Shown here one piece after another: positions 55,578-64,000 of a stretch of 64,000 nt of DNA. Every line of letters starts with the position of its first letter. Position 1 is the first letter of the stretch. The DNA is taken from positions 32,001 to 96,000 of the IMG/VR virus record IMGVR_UViG_3300044972_000601; one strand, written 5' to 3'. This DNA is from a virus. A model generated the notes under the pieces. That model was not told the DNA's origin and searched no databases. It was given only the letters and a program-made list of their open reading frames with translations. Both the position numbers and the translations under genes were made by a program.

Positions 55578-57194
55578 TTAACCCAGTATAAGAGTCCAAA
55601 TGTCCATGATGTCAGTGACCTCGTCTGTTGAAAGAACAGGACTGGTACCAATCATAGGAATCCATTTACGTTGTATACTAATATTATTTCCAGATGCTAA
55701 AAATCCAGTTGCGGCTACATCTACATCAATGCTGACTCCTGGAACAACTCCAGTAATCAACGTTAATGTGGCAAATATTCCCGGAGTAGGTGAACTGACA
55801 AAATCACCTATTGAAAATCCCACAGTGCTGTCCACATAGATTGTGGTATCTCCAATATTAATATCTGCGGTAACAACTGTTAGTGTAACTGTGGTAGTGT
55901 TAGAAACATTTGCATAAACTTCAGGCGTAAATGAAGTTGTATTATAACGAATTGTTCCTAAGTCAGGACTAGCAGGCCGCTCTAGGGTAGTTCCTATTGG
56001 AATTGACCAGCCGGTTGGGCCACCGAATTTAAAATATCCGTTGCCTGTTGAAACAAATTCTAATGGAGTGGAATCATGATGTGAAAATGTATTGTCTTTA
56101 ATGGATAAAAAGCTGTTGAAATTCAAACTGCCAGTGCCACTAGGAACTAAATTAACATCATTAGACGTGACAATGTTACTAATAGCATTGCCACTAATCC
56201 TAATATTACCTGCATCTAGAGTAGTAATAGTTGCGTTGGTTGTGTTAAAATTTGTTGTTACTAAACTGGTAGCATGTATATTCTTCCAAATTGATGGAGT
56301 TGTATCTTCGCCTAGATTATACGTACCGCCAATGATGGGAATTATATCACTACCTACATTTGCTCCGAATGTAATAACATCGCCGGTGTCATTGCCCAAC
56401 GTGATGTCTCCGTCAAATGTAATATTACCAGTGGAAGTAATTGTACCATCCACATGTAGATTGGTTTTACTAATTGTCAGTGTTATTGTATCTAACGGAT
56501 TTAAATCTACTAATGGGTTATTACTTGTGAAAATTATATAATAGTCTTGTCCGTAATTTGCAAACGGTCCCTGTACAATGGTTACAGTAGTGCCTTTAAT
56601 AAATTGTGCAAGATTAGTAAGATATGATCCTACATCTAATCCACTAGATTCCCAACTTGCTCGCGTAGCATAAAAATAATTTAAACTAGTTGTAGTATAA
56701 AATCCTGGATCATTTGGAACAACTAGTGTGGCTGCTACTCCTGTACCAAAAACTAATCTACCAGTAGGATCGAATATAATATTTTGATCAGCAAGTCCAG
56801 TAAGTTCGGAACCAACAAAATTAAATTTATTTGTACTACCTATACCAGTTAATTGAATAATAGGATCAGTGCTTTGATCTGGAGTGATGTAGATATTTTC
56901 ATTAAGATAGTTTGCAATTTGATCTAACGTGCCAGTACCGCCAAACGATAAGTGAGCAATATCTGCTTGGGTGTTTATTATAAGATCATCGGAATATATA
57001 TCTCCAAATATATCTAAAGTTCTAACAGGTGTATTGGTATTAAATCCTACAAATTTATTATTGACATTAAGGTACAGTACATCTGTATCAAATGCAAGAT
57101 CAATTCCGCTACGCAGTAAATTATCTGACAGCAAAGGACCGCTTATGCGACCAAACTCTTTTCCTGGAGAAACTTGATTAATTTTTAAGGCCAT
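55578..57194 (-). CDS. Virion fibre protein, paralog of 54398..55456
   Basis: GRISGPLLSDNLLRSG.DLAF.T..LYL.V; same C-terminal IP.G...RP...G..RYN module, with extra inserted domains. Confidence 0.7.
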   Translation of the reverse strand: MALKINQVSPGKEFGRISGPLLSDNLLRSGIDLAFDTDVLYLNVNNKFVGFNTNTPVRTLDIFGDIYSDDLIINTQADIAHLSFGGTGTLDQIANYLNENIYITPDQSTDPIIQLTGIGSTNKFNFVGSELTGLADQNIIFDPTGRLVFGTGVAATLVVPNDPGFYTTTSLNYFYATRASWESSGLDVGSYLTNLAQFIKGTTVTIVQGPFANYGQDYYIIFTSNNPLVDLNPLDTITLTISKTNLHVDGTITSTGNITFDGDITLGNDTGDVITFGANVGSDIIPIIGGTYNLGEDTTPSIWKNIHATSLVTTNFNTTNATITTLDAGNIRISGNAISNIVTSNDVNLVPSGTGSLNFNSFLSIKDNTFSHHDSTPLEFVSTGNGYFKFGGPTGWSIPIGTTLERPASPDLGTIRYNTTSFTPEVYANVSNTTTVTLTVVTADINIGDTTIYVDSTVGFSIGDFVSSPTPGIFATLTLITGVVPGVSIDVDVAATGFLASGNNISIQRKWIPMIGTSPVLSTDEVTDIMDIWTLILG

Positions 57195-57205
57195 AACTAA
57201 TGCAC

Positions 57206-58246
57206 TTATTGATCAAAACCATGCAATACAGTTACTGGTTTTCCTGGTGGAACTGGGCTACTAAATTGCAAGTACCAACCATCTCCAATCTGTGAAGGGT
57301 TGGCAATAGTAATGGCGGTTCCTGCAACAATTGGAGATCCAGTAATTGGATTACTAATATCAATGCTGGTCAATGCACCAGTTGCTAGGTCTGTAGTATA
57401 TTCCACTAATGTTGTAAGTGCTGGAATACCAGTTCCAGATACTGCGGCACCAGTAAGATCCATTGCTGGATAAATTGTATTAATACTTGTAATTGTGCCT
57501 GCCACAGTTTGAGATCCAGTAGTGGTATTCATATAACTTACTGAAGTTGTATTGCAATTAGTTACAACTGCTTCTCCGTTATATCCGTAAGGTGTCATTC
57601 CAGTTACTAGTATAGTTTCGCCTATTGAAAATGGTGCAGCTGGTTGTGCGGCAAATGTTAAGGTTGCAGTAGTAGTTGAACCACTTGCACCAGTTGTTTG
57701 TAAACTGGTATTAAAATATAATCTAGTTGCAGTTACAAGTTCAGTTCTACTAAGGGTGCCGTTATAAGTTTCTGCACTAAAAGTTGGATTTTGTTCAACC
57801 AAATAATTTGTAGTATGCAATTGAATTACATTTTCAACAATTACTAACAAGTTAGCACCTGTCCATGTATACCCGCGTTGTGCGGTAACAGCATACGGTG
57901 ACGGACTTAACGGCCCAAAGTATACAGTGTCGCCGTCGCCTACTCCAAGAGTTTGTTGAGTAATTTCACCAGATTCTCTATAGCGTAATGCACGCCAAGT
58001 ACTACCTTGATACACTTCTATATCAAGTGTTGTTTCGTTATATCGCATCATTCCATTTTGCGGAACAACCGGGCGTTCGTTATCAACATCGCCAAAACCA
58101 CCAGACGGCACAGTATCATCACCAAGGCCGTTGGGCAACTTTAATGCTGTACGAGAGTCCATTATTACAGAACCGTTCGTATCAACATACAGTGTGTTAT
58201 CGTAAACTGCTCTACGATTTAAAGTTTGTCGTCTTAAATATCTCAT
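57206..58246 (-). CDS. Virion structural protein
   Basis: RP..PQNGMMRYNET...EVYQG..W module; GDG.T..FGPL; V.VENV.Q; inserted beta domains. Confidence 0.65.
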   Translation of the reverse strand: MRYLRRQTLNRRAVYDNTLYVDTNGSVIMDSRTALKLPNGLGDDTVPSGGFGDVDNERPVVPQNGMMRYNETTLDIEVYQGSTWRALRYRESGEITQQTLGVGDGDTVYFGPLSPSPYAVTAQRGYTWTGANLLVIVENVIQLHTTNYLVEQNPTFSAETYNGTLSRTELVTATRLYFNTSLQTTGASGSTTTATLTFAAQPAAPFSIGETILVTGMTPYGYNGEAVVTNCNTTSVSYMNTTTGSQTVAGTITSINTIYPAMDLTGAAVSGTGIPALTTLVEYTTDLATGALTSIDISNPITGSPIVAGTAITIANPSQIGDGWYLQFSSPVPPGKPVTVLHGFDQ

Positions 58247-58578
58247 TATACTGCCAACGTACTTATAGTCATTACTAATGTGCTGCCGTCATCGGCTTTT
58301 GCATATAGTTTGTCGCCATTTTCTAATACTAATTTTTCTTGATCTAAACTCAATGTTTCTCCAGCTGTGATGGGAAGCCCATTAACAATTAAATTAACAT
58401 CTGCAGGTGTGCCGCCACCGGGCACTGCATACAAATAAAAGTTAGTAGCATTAAGTGCAGGATTGCTTGCGGCAAATGGAAATAAATTGCAAACAATTAT
58501 GCAAGTGATTGCATTGCTACCGGTACTGGTATATACCGATGCTGCTGTAGTAGTAATAGCCGCTGATGTTATTGCCAT
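58246..58578 (-). CDS. Small beta-sandwich virion protein
   Basis: VYTS.G.NAITCIIVCN...LIVNGLPI.AGET..LDQEKLVL.NGD.L.A. Confidence 0.6.
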   Translation of the reverse strand: MAITSAAITTTAASVYTSTGSNAITCIIVCNLFPFAASNPALNATNFYLYAVPGGGTPADVNLIVNGLPITAGETLSLDQEKLVLENGDKLYAKADDGSTLVMTISTLAV

Positions 58579-58587
58579 AATTTTTCC

Positions 58588-59643
58588 TTATAATAATATA
58601 CTTAATAAAACTGCACGATTCTTACTTACTAATTCGTCTACATTGTTAGTCATGCCAGTTGTACTGGAGTTTTTAAAAAATAATCCAGTTTTACCAGCAC
58701 CTATATTTGCTGTATTTGAAAATACTTGGGTTTTTGTAGCAGATAATACGGGGAATGTTGATTGATTTGTTAAATTTAAAAACGAATTAATTTCAACGTT
58801 GTTGTTATTTGCAAGCAATGTTAAATTATTACTAGATATGTTATTAATAGAATCGTCAAGAATATTTACATTATTAACACTTAATCCATTTTGGCTCAGT
58901 GTTGCTACAATATTTTGATTGTTAAGTATGCCCGAAGGTCCTACAAAGAATTGAATGTTACTGCCAAATGCTTGGATTTTAGTATCTTCATTACCTGGTG
59001 CGGCTGTTGGAGGAAAGTACATCCTGTCAACAGTAGCAACACCGCCACTAGCTGTTACATAGTTTGTGATCGATTTCCAATTTGGAATATTGTTATCGTT
59101 GTCAGACACGTGTATATAGTAATCGTCATTGTTGCCGCCATTGACAATACGCAACATGCCGCCTGTACTTTTTAAATCAAATATAAAATCCGCAGCACGG
59201 TCATTTACAATACCTGCTAAACTTAGACCAGTAACAATATTACTTGTTGCAGTTTTTAAAACAAATGTACCATATACCTCAGCAGAAACTGCCGATTCGT
59301 AGTACGATACTTTTTCATCAAATATTATCAGTGCATTTCCATTAGGATGAGCACCGCGGTCAATTTCAATTCCAGAACGTTTGTTGGACTGAGCATCTGC
59401 AACAATTCCCCAGTCAGGATAAACTGCAAGAGGATTGGTGTTGCCGCCACCTTTGTTAAGAGTTATAAGTCTATCTTCAATGTATAGTTGTGAAGTGTTA
59501 ACAGCCGTAGTGTTACCTTGAACTACCAAATCTCCAGTGATATAAGTAGTGCCAGCATCAGGTCCAGTATCCAATGTTATAGTTCCATTGTAACCTGTTT
59601 GAATTCTATAATTGCTTTGACTGACTTTTAATATTCTTGACAT
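58588..59643 (-). CDS. Virion fibre/structural protein
   Basis: ITGDLVVQGNTT.VNT..L.IED..ITLNKG and SGIEIDRG motifs typical of phage fibres. Confidence 0.65.
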   Translation of the reverse strand: MSRILKVSQSNYRIQTGYNGTITLDTGPDAGTTYITGDLVVQGNTTAVNTSQLYIEDRLITLNKGGGNTNPLAVYPDWGIVADAQSNKRSGIEIDRGAHPNGNALIIFDEKVSYYESAVSAEVYGTFVLKTATSNIVTGLSLAGIVNDRAADFIFDLKSTGGMLRIVNGGNNDDYYIHVSDNDNNIPNWKSITNYVTASGGVATVDRMYFPPTAAPGNEDTKIQAFGSNIQFFVGPSGILNNQNIVATLSQNGLSVNNVNILDDSINNISSNNLTLLANNNNVEINSFLNLTNQSTFPVLSATKTQVFSNTANIGAGKTGLFFKNSSTTGMTNNVDELVSKNRAVLLSILL

Positions 59644-59669
59644 CTATTATCCTTAACATTATCCTTAAG

Positions 59670-59689
59670 TTAGGGGCCGAAGCCCCTAA
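59670..59689 (-). terminator. UUCG hairpin; weak terminator or RNA stabiliser
   Basis: TTAGGGGC-TTCG-GCCCCTAA on the minus strand, with no long U tract. Confidence 0.55.
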
Positions 59690-59694
59690 ATTAA

Positions 59695-60678
59695 TTAAGC
59701 GTTAGCAAGTTGAACATATACTCCAACCGGAGCAACTAGTTTCCAAGGAGCTTGTTGACCAGTAGTATACAAATGTCCCGATCCGCCTGCGACTGTTAAT
59801 GTTGCCTTGTGTGCTGTAATCTTAGTAGCAAAGTACTCGCCGCCTGCACTATCAAGAACTGCCACACTACATTCGCCAGCAGCATCAGCTAACGAACCAG
59901 TTAACTTAACAGTACCAGTTAGTGTACCGTCTGTTACTTTATAACGACGACCAGATACTTGTTTCTTAATGTCAACTGATAGTGCTGATCCGCCTGTTAA
60001 GAATGCTGTCATTAAAATGGCATTTTCTTGATTGGTTGTTGAACCAACGTTGCCAGTGTCAGTGGATAAAACAGCAACTTTAGTAGCATTACCGGTCATT
60101 GTGATTGATGGTGCTGATACATAACCAGAACCTTTTTCATTAATTGCTACTGCTAATACACCCCACGTAATTGTTACACGTAAGTTGTTACCAGTTCCGC
60201 CAGTTGTAAACATTTGTGTAACAGTACTACCCGGATTGCTTGCTGCGGTAGCTCCGTTGTATGCTAATACTGTGTACGAACCGCCTGCAACTAGTTCAAT
60301 AGTTGTAGCTGCGCCGCCGCCGTCTATACTTTTAATTCTAAAACTTGCGCGAGTTGTATATGTGCCGTCAACAGTGCCCGTCCCGCCTGCTGCTGATCCG
60401 CTGCCTAACGTTACAACTTCTTCGTCAAGATAGCTGCCGCCGCCGTTATCAATACTAACTGACTTGACAACCATAGTGATAGCGCCTGCTGTTGCAGTAA
60501 CACCGCCTGGTAGTGTAGGTGCTGCAAATGTTGCTGTTGGTACTGCAATGTAATTGTTGTTTGTGCCAGCGATAGTAACGCTAGCAACGCCTTGGCCGCC
60601 AATGCCATTATCGGTTGTTACGCTTGTGGAACCAATGTTTCGGTTACCAAAATATTTTTTATTTAAAGGACGTCCCAT
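59695..60678 (-). CDS. Virion structural protein (possible head decoration/fibre)
   Basis: Gly/Thr-rich, V..I...G.GY...P repeats, IKKQVSGRRYKV; directly after the MCP gene with its own late box. Confidence 0.55.
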   Translation of the reverse strand: MGRPLNKKYFGNRNIGSTSVTTDNGIGGQGVASVTIAGTNNNYIAVPTATFAAPTLPGGVTATAGAITMVVKSVSIDNGGGSYLDEEVVTLGSGSAAGGTGTVDGTYTTRASFRIKSIDGGGAATTIELVAGGSYTVLAYNGATAASNPGSTVTQMFTTGGTGNNLRVTITWGVLAVAINEKGSGYVSAPSITMTGNATKVAVLSTDTGNVGSTTNQENAILMTAFLTGGSALSVDIKKQVSGRRYKVTDGTLTGTVKLTGSLADAAGECSVAVLDSAGGEYFATKITAHKATLTVAGGSGHLYTTGQQAPWKLVAPVGVYVQLANA

Positions 60679-60773
60679 TTTATTTTCTCCTTAAGAAAAG
60701 TGGCGTTTTAGGCCATACGCGGTTGGATTTCCGCATAAAATTCACCCTATGTGAATCATACAAAGTATTTATC
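60679..60773 (-). promoter_or_regulatory. Late box GATAAATA (60766-73) followed by a three-hairpin leader
   Basis: Hairpins at 60740-56, 60717-36 and 60701-15 precede the AAGGAG SD. Confidence 0.5.
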
Positions 60774-60783
60774 ACATCGTGAG

Positions 60784-60805
60784 AAAGGGCACCTAAGTGC
60801 CCTTT
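60784..60805 (-). terminator. Terminator after the major capsid gene
   Basis: AAAGGGCAC-TTAG-GTGCCCTTT(CTC); preceded by a GAAA-tetraloop hairpin at 60814-32. Confidence 0.75.
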
Positions 60806-60833
60806 GTAGTTTACAATACCTTTCGGTAATTGA

Positions 60834-62009
60834 TTAACTGAACTTAACGTTACCAGCAGTAATAGCAACACGACCTAAGTAGTCAGCTGCGTTACCTAGA
60901 GAAGACGCTGTGTTTGACAACTCAACATAACCATAACGTGTCATGAATGATACGACTGGTTCGAATGTTGATGGGTCAAGAACAACACCACTGCTCATCA
61001 ATGGAATGTATGGGCAATAGAATGCTGGTGCATCAGACTCGCTAGCACCTTTGTAACCGATAAGAATATCAGTTGAATCATTTGCATAGCTGTTAACATA
61101 AACTTTCATTGCACTGTTCAATGTACCAACAAACTTGGTGTTTGTAGGTGCTTCGAATGTACCTTCTGTAGTACGAGCAAACGCACTAGTTGTAGCACTT
61201 TGTAGGATGGTCAATGCAAATGGGCTAACCACTGCATAGTTACCAGCACCACGACGTGTACGCTGAGCGATCAAGTTGCTAACACGATTGATCTGAACAG
61301 CTAAAGCAGCATGCTCGTCACCCACGAATGTAGCAGTACCAGAAACGGCAGCTTGGTCATAAGTCTGTGTAGCTGAACCAGCTAGTGACAACAACGAAGC
61401 AATGATTTCTTGGTCGATTTCAGCAGTAATTTCTTGTGCCAAAGCAGCCATAATTTCTGCTTCAACGTCAATACCTTGTTGGGCTTGTGCGTCTTGAGCA
61501 GCTTCAAACGTCCAGCGAGCTGACAACTTACGTGTCTTAGCTTCAACTGTTTGTTTCAAGATTTGAATGCTTAAACGGTTACCAGCACGGCCTTCTAAGC
61601 TAGCAGTTGAAGCTGCTTTAGCTGAAGAACTGTTCTCGTTACCAGAATAAGATTCTGCAATCTTGAATGGGCTTAGTGCCTCTTCTCCAGCTACAATGCC
61701 AGCACCTGAAGATGTATCGCTATAACGAACACGTAAAGTGTGGATTTGACCAACTGGGCCTGTCATTGGTTGTACACCAACTAACTCGTTAGCAATAACG
61801 GTTGGCATAACACGACGAATCACCGGTAAAATTACGCGGTTTAATGTTGAGACGTTGCCGGCAGAAGTGGCACCAGCTGTAGCAGATTCTTGCAAATACT
61901 TGCGAGTATTCTCAAGAGTCACGCCCATTACTGATTTTTTTGTGCCTTGTAAGCCTTCTAATAGGGCTTCTTTAGTTTCTGCCCAACGTCCATTTAGTAG
62001 TTCTGACAT
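60834..62009 (-). CDS. gp23: Major capsid protein (gp23-like, compact)
   Basis: VIRRVMP..IA.ELVGVQPMTGPVGQI, EAKTRKL.A.WT.E.AQD, EI.AEID.EII, FYCPYIPL, TFEP...F.TRYG. Confidence 0.96.
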   Translation of the reverse strand: MSELLNGRWAETKEALLEGLQGTKKSVMGVTLENTRKYLQESATAGATSAGNVSTLNRVILPVIRRVMPTVIANELVGVQPMTGPVGQIHTLRVRYSDTSSGAGIVAGEEALSPFKIAESYSGNENSSSAKAASTASLEGRAGNRLSIQILKQTVEAKTRKLSARWTFEAAQDAQAQQGIDVEAEIMAALAQEITAEIDQEIIASLLSLAGSATQTYDQAAVSGTATFVGDEHAALAVQINRVSNLIAQRTRRGAGNYAVVSPFALTILQSATTSAFARTTEGTFEAPTNTKFVGTLNSAMKVYVNSYANDSTDILIGYKGASESDAPAFYCPYIPLMSSGVVLDPSTFEPVVSFMTRYGYVELSNTASSLGNAADYLGRVAITAGNVKFS

Positions 62010-62021
62010 TTAAATTTCTCC

Positions 62022-63116
62022 TTAAAATTTTAGTCCTGCGAGCTTGCGAATATCAACGATATTGCTATCTGTCTCGCTGCTACGGGTGGTGTTGGAAATC
62101 TTGTTTCCGGTTACTTCTTTAGCCTCTACTAGTGCCTGTTTCTTCTGCGGAGCCTGGCCAGCAATTACAGCTGGTAGGTACTTGTTAAAACTTTCTTGAA
62201 GCTTAACAGTCTTTACATTCTCCATCAACTCATTCATAATGCCACGTTGTTCTGCGTTTAGCGGAGCAACTAGTTCACTAATGATTGCTTTTCTTTCTTG
62301 AGCTTCTTTCAAAGCACGTACTTCTGCTTGTTTACTTTCTAGGATTTGTTCAGCTTGAACAACTGCGTGAGCAGCTTCTTTGATAGCTAAATCTTTCAAG
62401 TCTATGACTTTGAGTAATTTTGCAGTTTCCGATTTTTCATTTAGGTAGCTGGTCGAGTACTCTGCGGCAAAAGCCTCAAATAACTTACGACCAAAATCTG
62501 CACGTCGAGCAGCTTCGATGTCTTCTCTCAGCGATGTAAGCTCAGAACGTAAGTTCTGTGATACAACACCTTCAACCATCTTAGCGGCACGTTGAACAAA
62601 TTGTTCTTTGACCTTCTTGATTTCTTGACGACCTTCACGGACTAAGCGTACTTTGGTTTCAGCCAACTCGCGTTTGTCTTTGAAGAATTCTGTGATTTCC
62701 TGGGCTAGAGCCTCAACTACGAATGATTCTAATGCACCAAACTTACTGGCCATTGCAACTTGATCTTCGTGTAGTTCAGAAACTTCAGAAGCCAACTGAC
62801 GTGTTACGAATTCTTTCATAACAGCAGTATCTTTCTTCATCTTCTGTGCATACTTGACTTTCATTTCTGAAAGTTGACGACGATCATCTGCAAACTCAAC
62901 AAGCTCAGTAGATAATTGTTCAGAGATCATACGATCCACTGCATCAATCATTGTGTTCTTGTCATGCTCATACTTTTGTGCAAATTCTTCGCGTAATTGT
63001 ACAGCAACCGCTTGACGAGCTTCATTAATACGCCCTTCAAATGCTGCCTCAATTGACTCTTTGATCTCCTCAGAAATCACATTGTTTTCAAATAAACTTT
63101 TTAGTGCATCCAACAT
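62022..63116 (-). CDS. gp22: Prohead scaffolding protein (gp22-like)
   Basis: Acidic coiled-coil protein between the protease and MCP genes; many xxE cleavage-type sites. Confidence 0.8.
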   Translation of the reverse strand: MLDALKSLFENNVISEEIKESIEAAFEGRINEARQAVAVQLREEFAQKYEHDKNTMIDAVDRMISEQLSTELVEFADDRRQLSEMKVKYAQKMKKDTAVMKEFVTRQLASEVSELHEDQVAMASKFGALESFVVEALAQEITEFFKDKRELAETKVRLVREGRQEIKKVKEQFVQRAAKMVEGVVSQNLRSELTSLREDIEAARRADFGRKLFEAFAAEYSTSYLNEKSETAKLLKVIDLKDLAIKEAAHAVVQAEQILESKQAEVRALKEAQERKAIISELVAPLNAEQRGIMNELMENVKTVKLQESFNKYLPAVIAGQAPQKKQALVEAKEVTGNKISNTTRSSETDSNIVDIRKLAGLKF

Positions 63117-63128
63117 GTGTTTCTCCTT

Positions 63129-63764
63129 TTATTGGAGTTTGCTTATTATGTTCAATAAGCTCTCTTTGAGATATTTCTGTGCTTTGGGGTTGCCCTTGAC
63201 CTCTTCCGCTATGCGTAAGGCACTTAGTCCACCGCGACTATTCATCAGGTGTTCATAAATTGGTGTAGGGTATGCTCCCGGAGCACTAGGTTGAGCCACC
63301 ATATCTACTGTGATGATCTCAAAATCTGATACTTCACCGGAACCGCTATCGCTAACGTTTCCGGATCCGCGACTTGACACGCCTAATTTTACGCCGCTTT
63401 CCAGCATTGTGCGAATTAGTTGTCCCATAGGTGTTGGAAGTATTTTCAACTTCCCGTAACCGTTAGGGCCGTCCATCCACATGTTTGTTATCATGTGCGA
63501 TACACGGTCCAGGTTAATTTTTAGATCATCTGGATGATCCACTTCTCCGAGAACTGAATAACCGTTTTGAATCTGATCGTTAAGGGTCTTAACAGCCTTG
63601 CCAATCTCATTAACAGGGTACACACGCTGATTTGCATTGCGGATGCCGCCTTGTATACAGATACCACTCATATACAAGGACTTCCCATCTTTGTCATCAG
63701 ATTCAACGATCATTTTTGCTTCGTTGAAACTGAGATTCTCTCGGAGGTATAACATATTTTTCAA
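63129..63764 (-). CDS. gp21: Prohead protease (gp21-like)
   Basis: GICIQG...N.N.RVYP, GEVDHP, VSH.I, G.LKILPTPMG, GVSSRGSG, D.VAQPSAPGA. The ATG at 63755 may be the true start. Confidence 0.95.
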   Translation of the reverse strand: MKNMLYLRENLSFNEAKMIVESDDKDGKSLYMSGICIQGGIRNANQRVYPVNEIGKAVKTLNDQIQNGYSVLGEVDHPDDLKINLDRVSHMITNMWMDGPNGYGKLKILPTPMGQLIRTMLESGVKLGVSSRGSGNVSDSGSGEVSDFEIITVDMVAQPSAPGAYPTPIYEHLMNSRGGLSALRIAEEVKGNPKAQKYLKESLLNIISKLQ

Positions 63765-63772
63765 TGTTTTAA

Positions 63773-64000
63773 TTATTTCTTAGCTTGACGTAACAAACTT
63801 TGTTTGTTATCTGCTGTTTCTCTTGAACCAGCTTTCTCTGCACCATGACCTGGTTCTTTCTTCTTGAACGCTGTCTTGCCTGCATTGGCACCTGGCTTGT
63901 TAACATTACCAAAGTCTTCCACGCTAGTAGTTGGCTTTAGCAATCCGCCTTGTGTACCGCCTTTCTCTGTTGAGAAAGATTGAGCGATATTTTTGTTAGT
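63773..64000 (-). CDS. C-terminal part of a low-complexity protein upstream of the protease (probable prohead core protein); partial
   Basis: Hand translation ...TNKNIAQSFSTEKGGTQGGLLKP...GNVNKPG...QSLLRQAKK*; the frame is open to the window end. Confidence 0.6.
   Translation of the reverse strand, partial: TNKNIAQSFSTEKGGTQGGLLKPTTSVEDFGNVNKPGANAGKTAFKKKEPGHGAEKAGSRETADNKQSLLRQAKK

Noticed and set aside
1-64000. tRNA, rRNA, CRISPR array or alternative genetic code
   Set aside because: No cloverleaf or regularly spaced repeats noticed by eye, and core genes are intact under the standard code. A tRNAscan/Infernal run would be needed to be certain.

Overview
This window is 64 kb of a large T4-like (myovirus) dsDNA phage genome, read in the standard genetic code, with most genes on the minus strand and no tRNA, rRNA or CRISPR seen. 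It carries uvsX/recA (partial), gp32 SSB, putative internal head proteins, large and probable small terminase, gp4 head completion, a tube-like protein, tail tube, tail sheath, an HNH/Zn-ribbon gene, dNMP kinase, neck gp13/gp14, gp15 and a Nudix hydrolase. About 40 kb of fibre/virion genes follow, then major capsid protein, scaffold and prohead protease. Most notable: (1) A 6.6-kb enzyme cassette sits between two fibre modules. It encodes a GT9 heptosyltransferase-like glycosyltransferase, a NodU/CmcH carbamoyltransferase, four Fe(II) dioxygenases, an SGNH protein plus a deleted sister gene, and a catalytically degenerate GmhB-like HAD. It lies next to two ~9% Cys Gly-rich fibre-tip paralogs and is partly under a perfect T4-type late promoter. 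It is a candidate phage-encoded system for (S-)glycosylating and carbamoylating virion fibres. (2) A 2750-aa fibre is built by nested ('matryoshka') domain insertions into the scaffold of its 1224-aa neighbour. (3) Several late genes appear leaderless. (4) Some 5' leaders are structured. All functional calls come from motifs recognised by eye; no database search was run.
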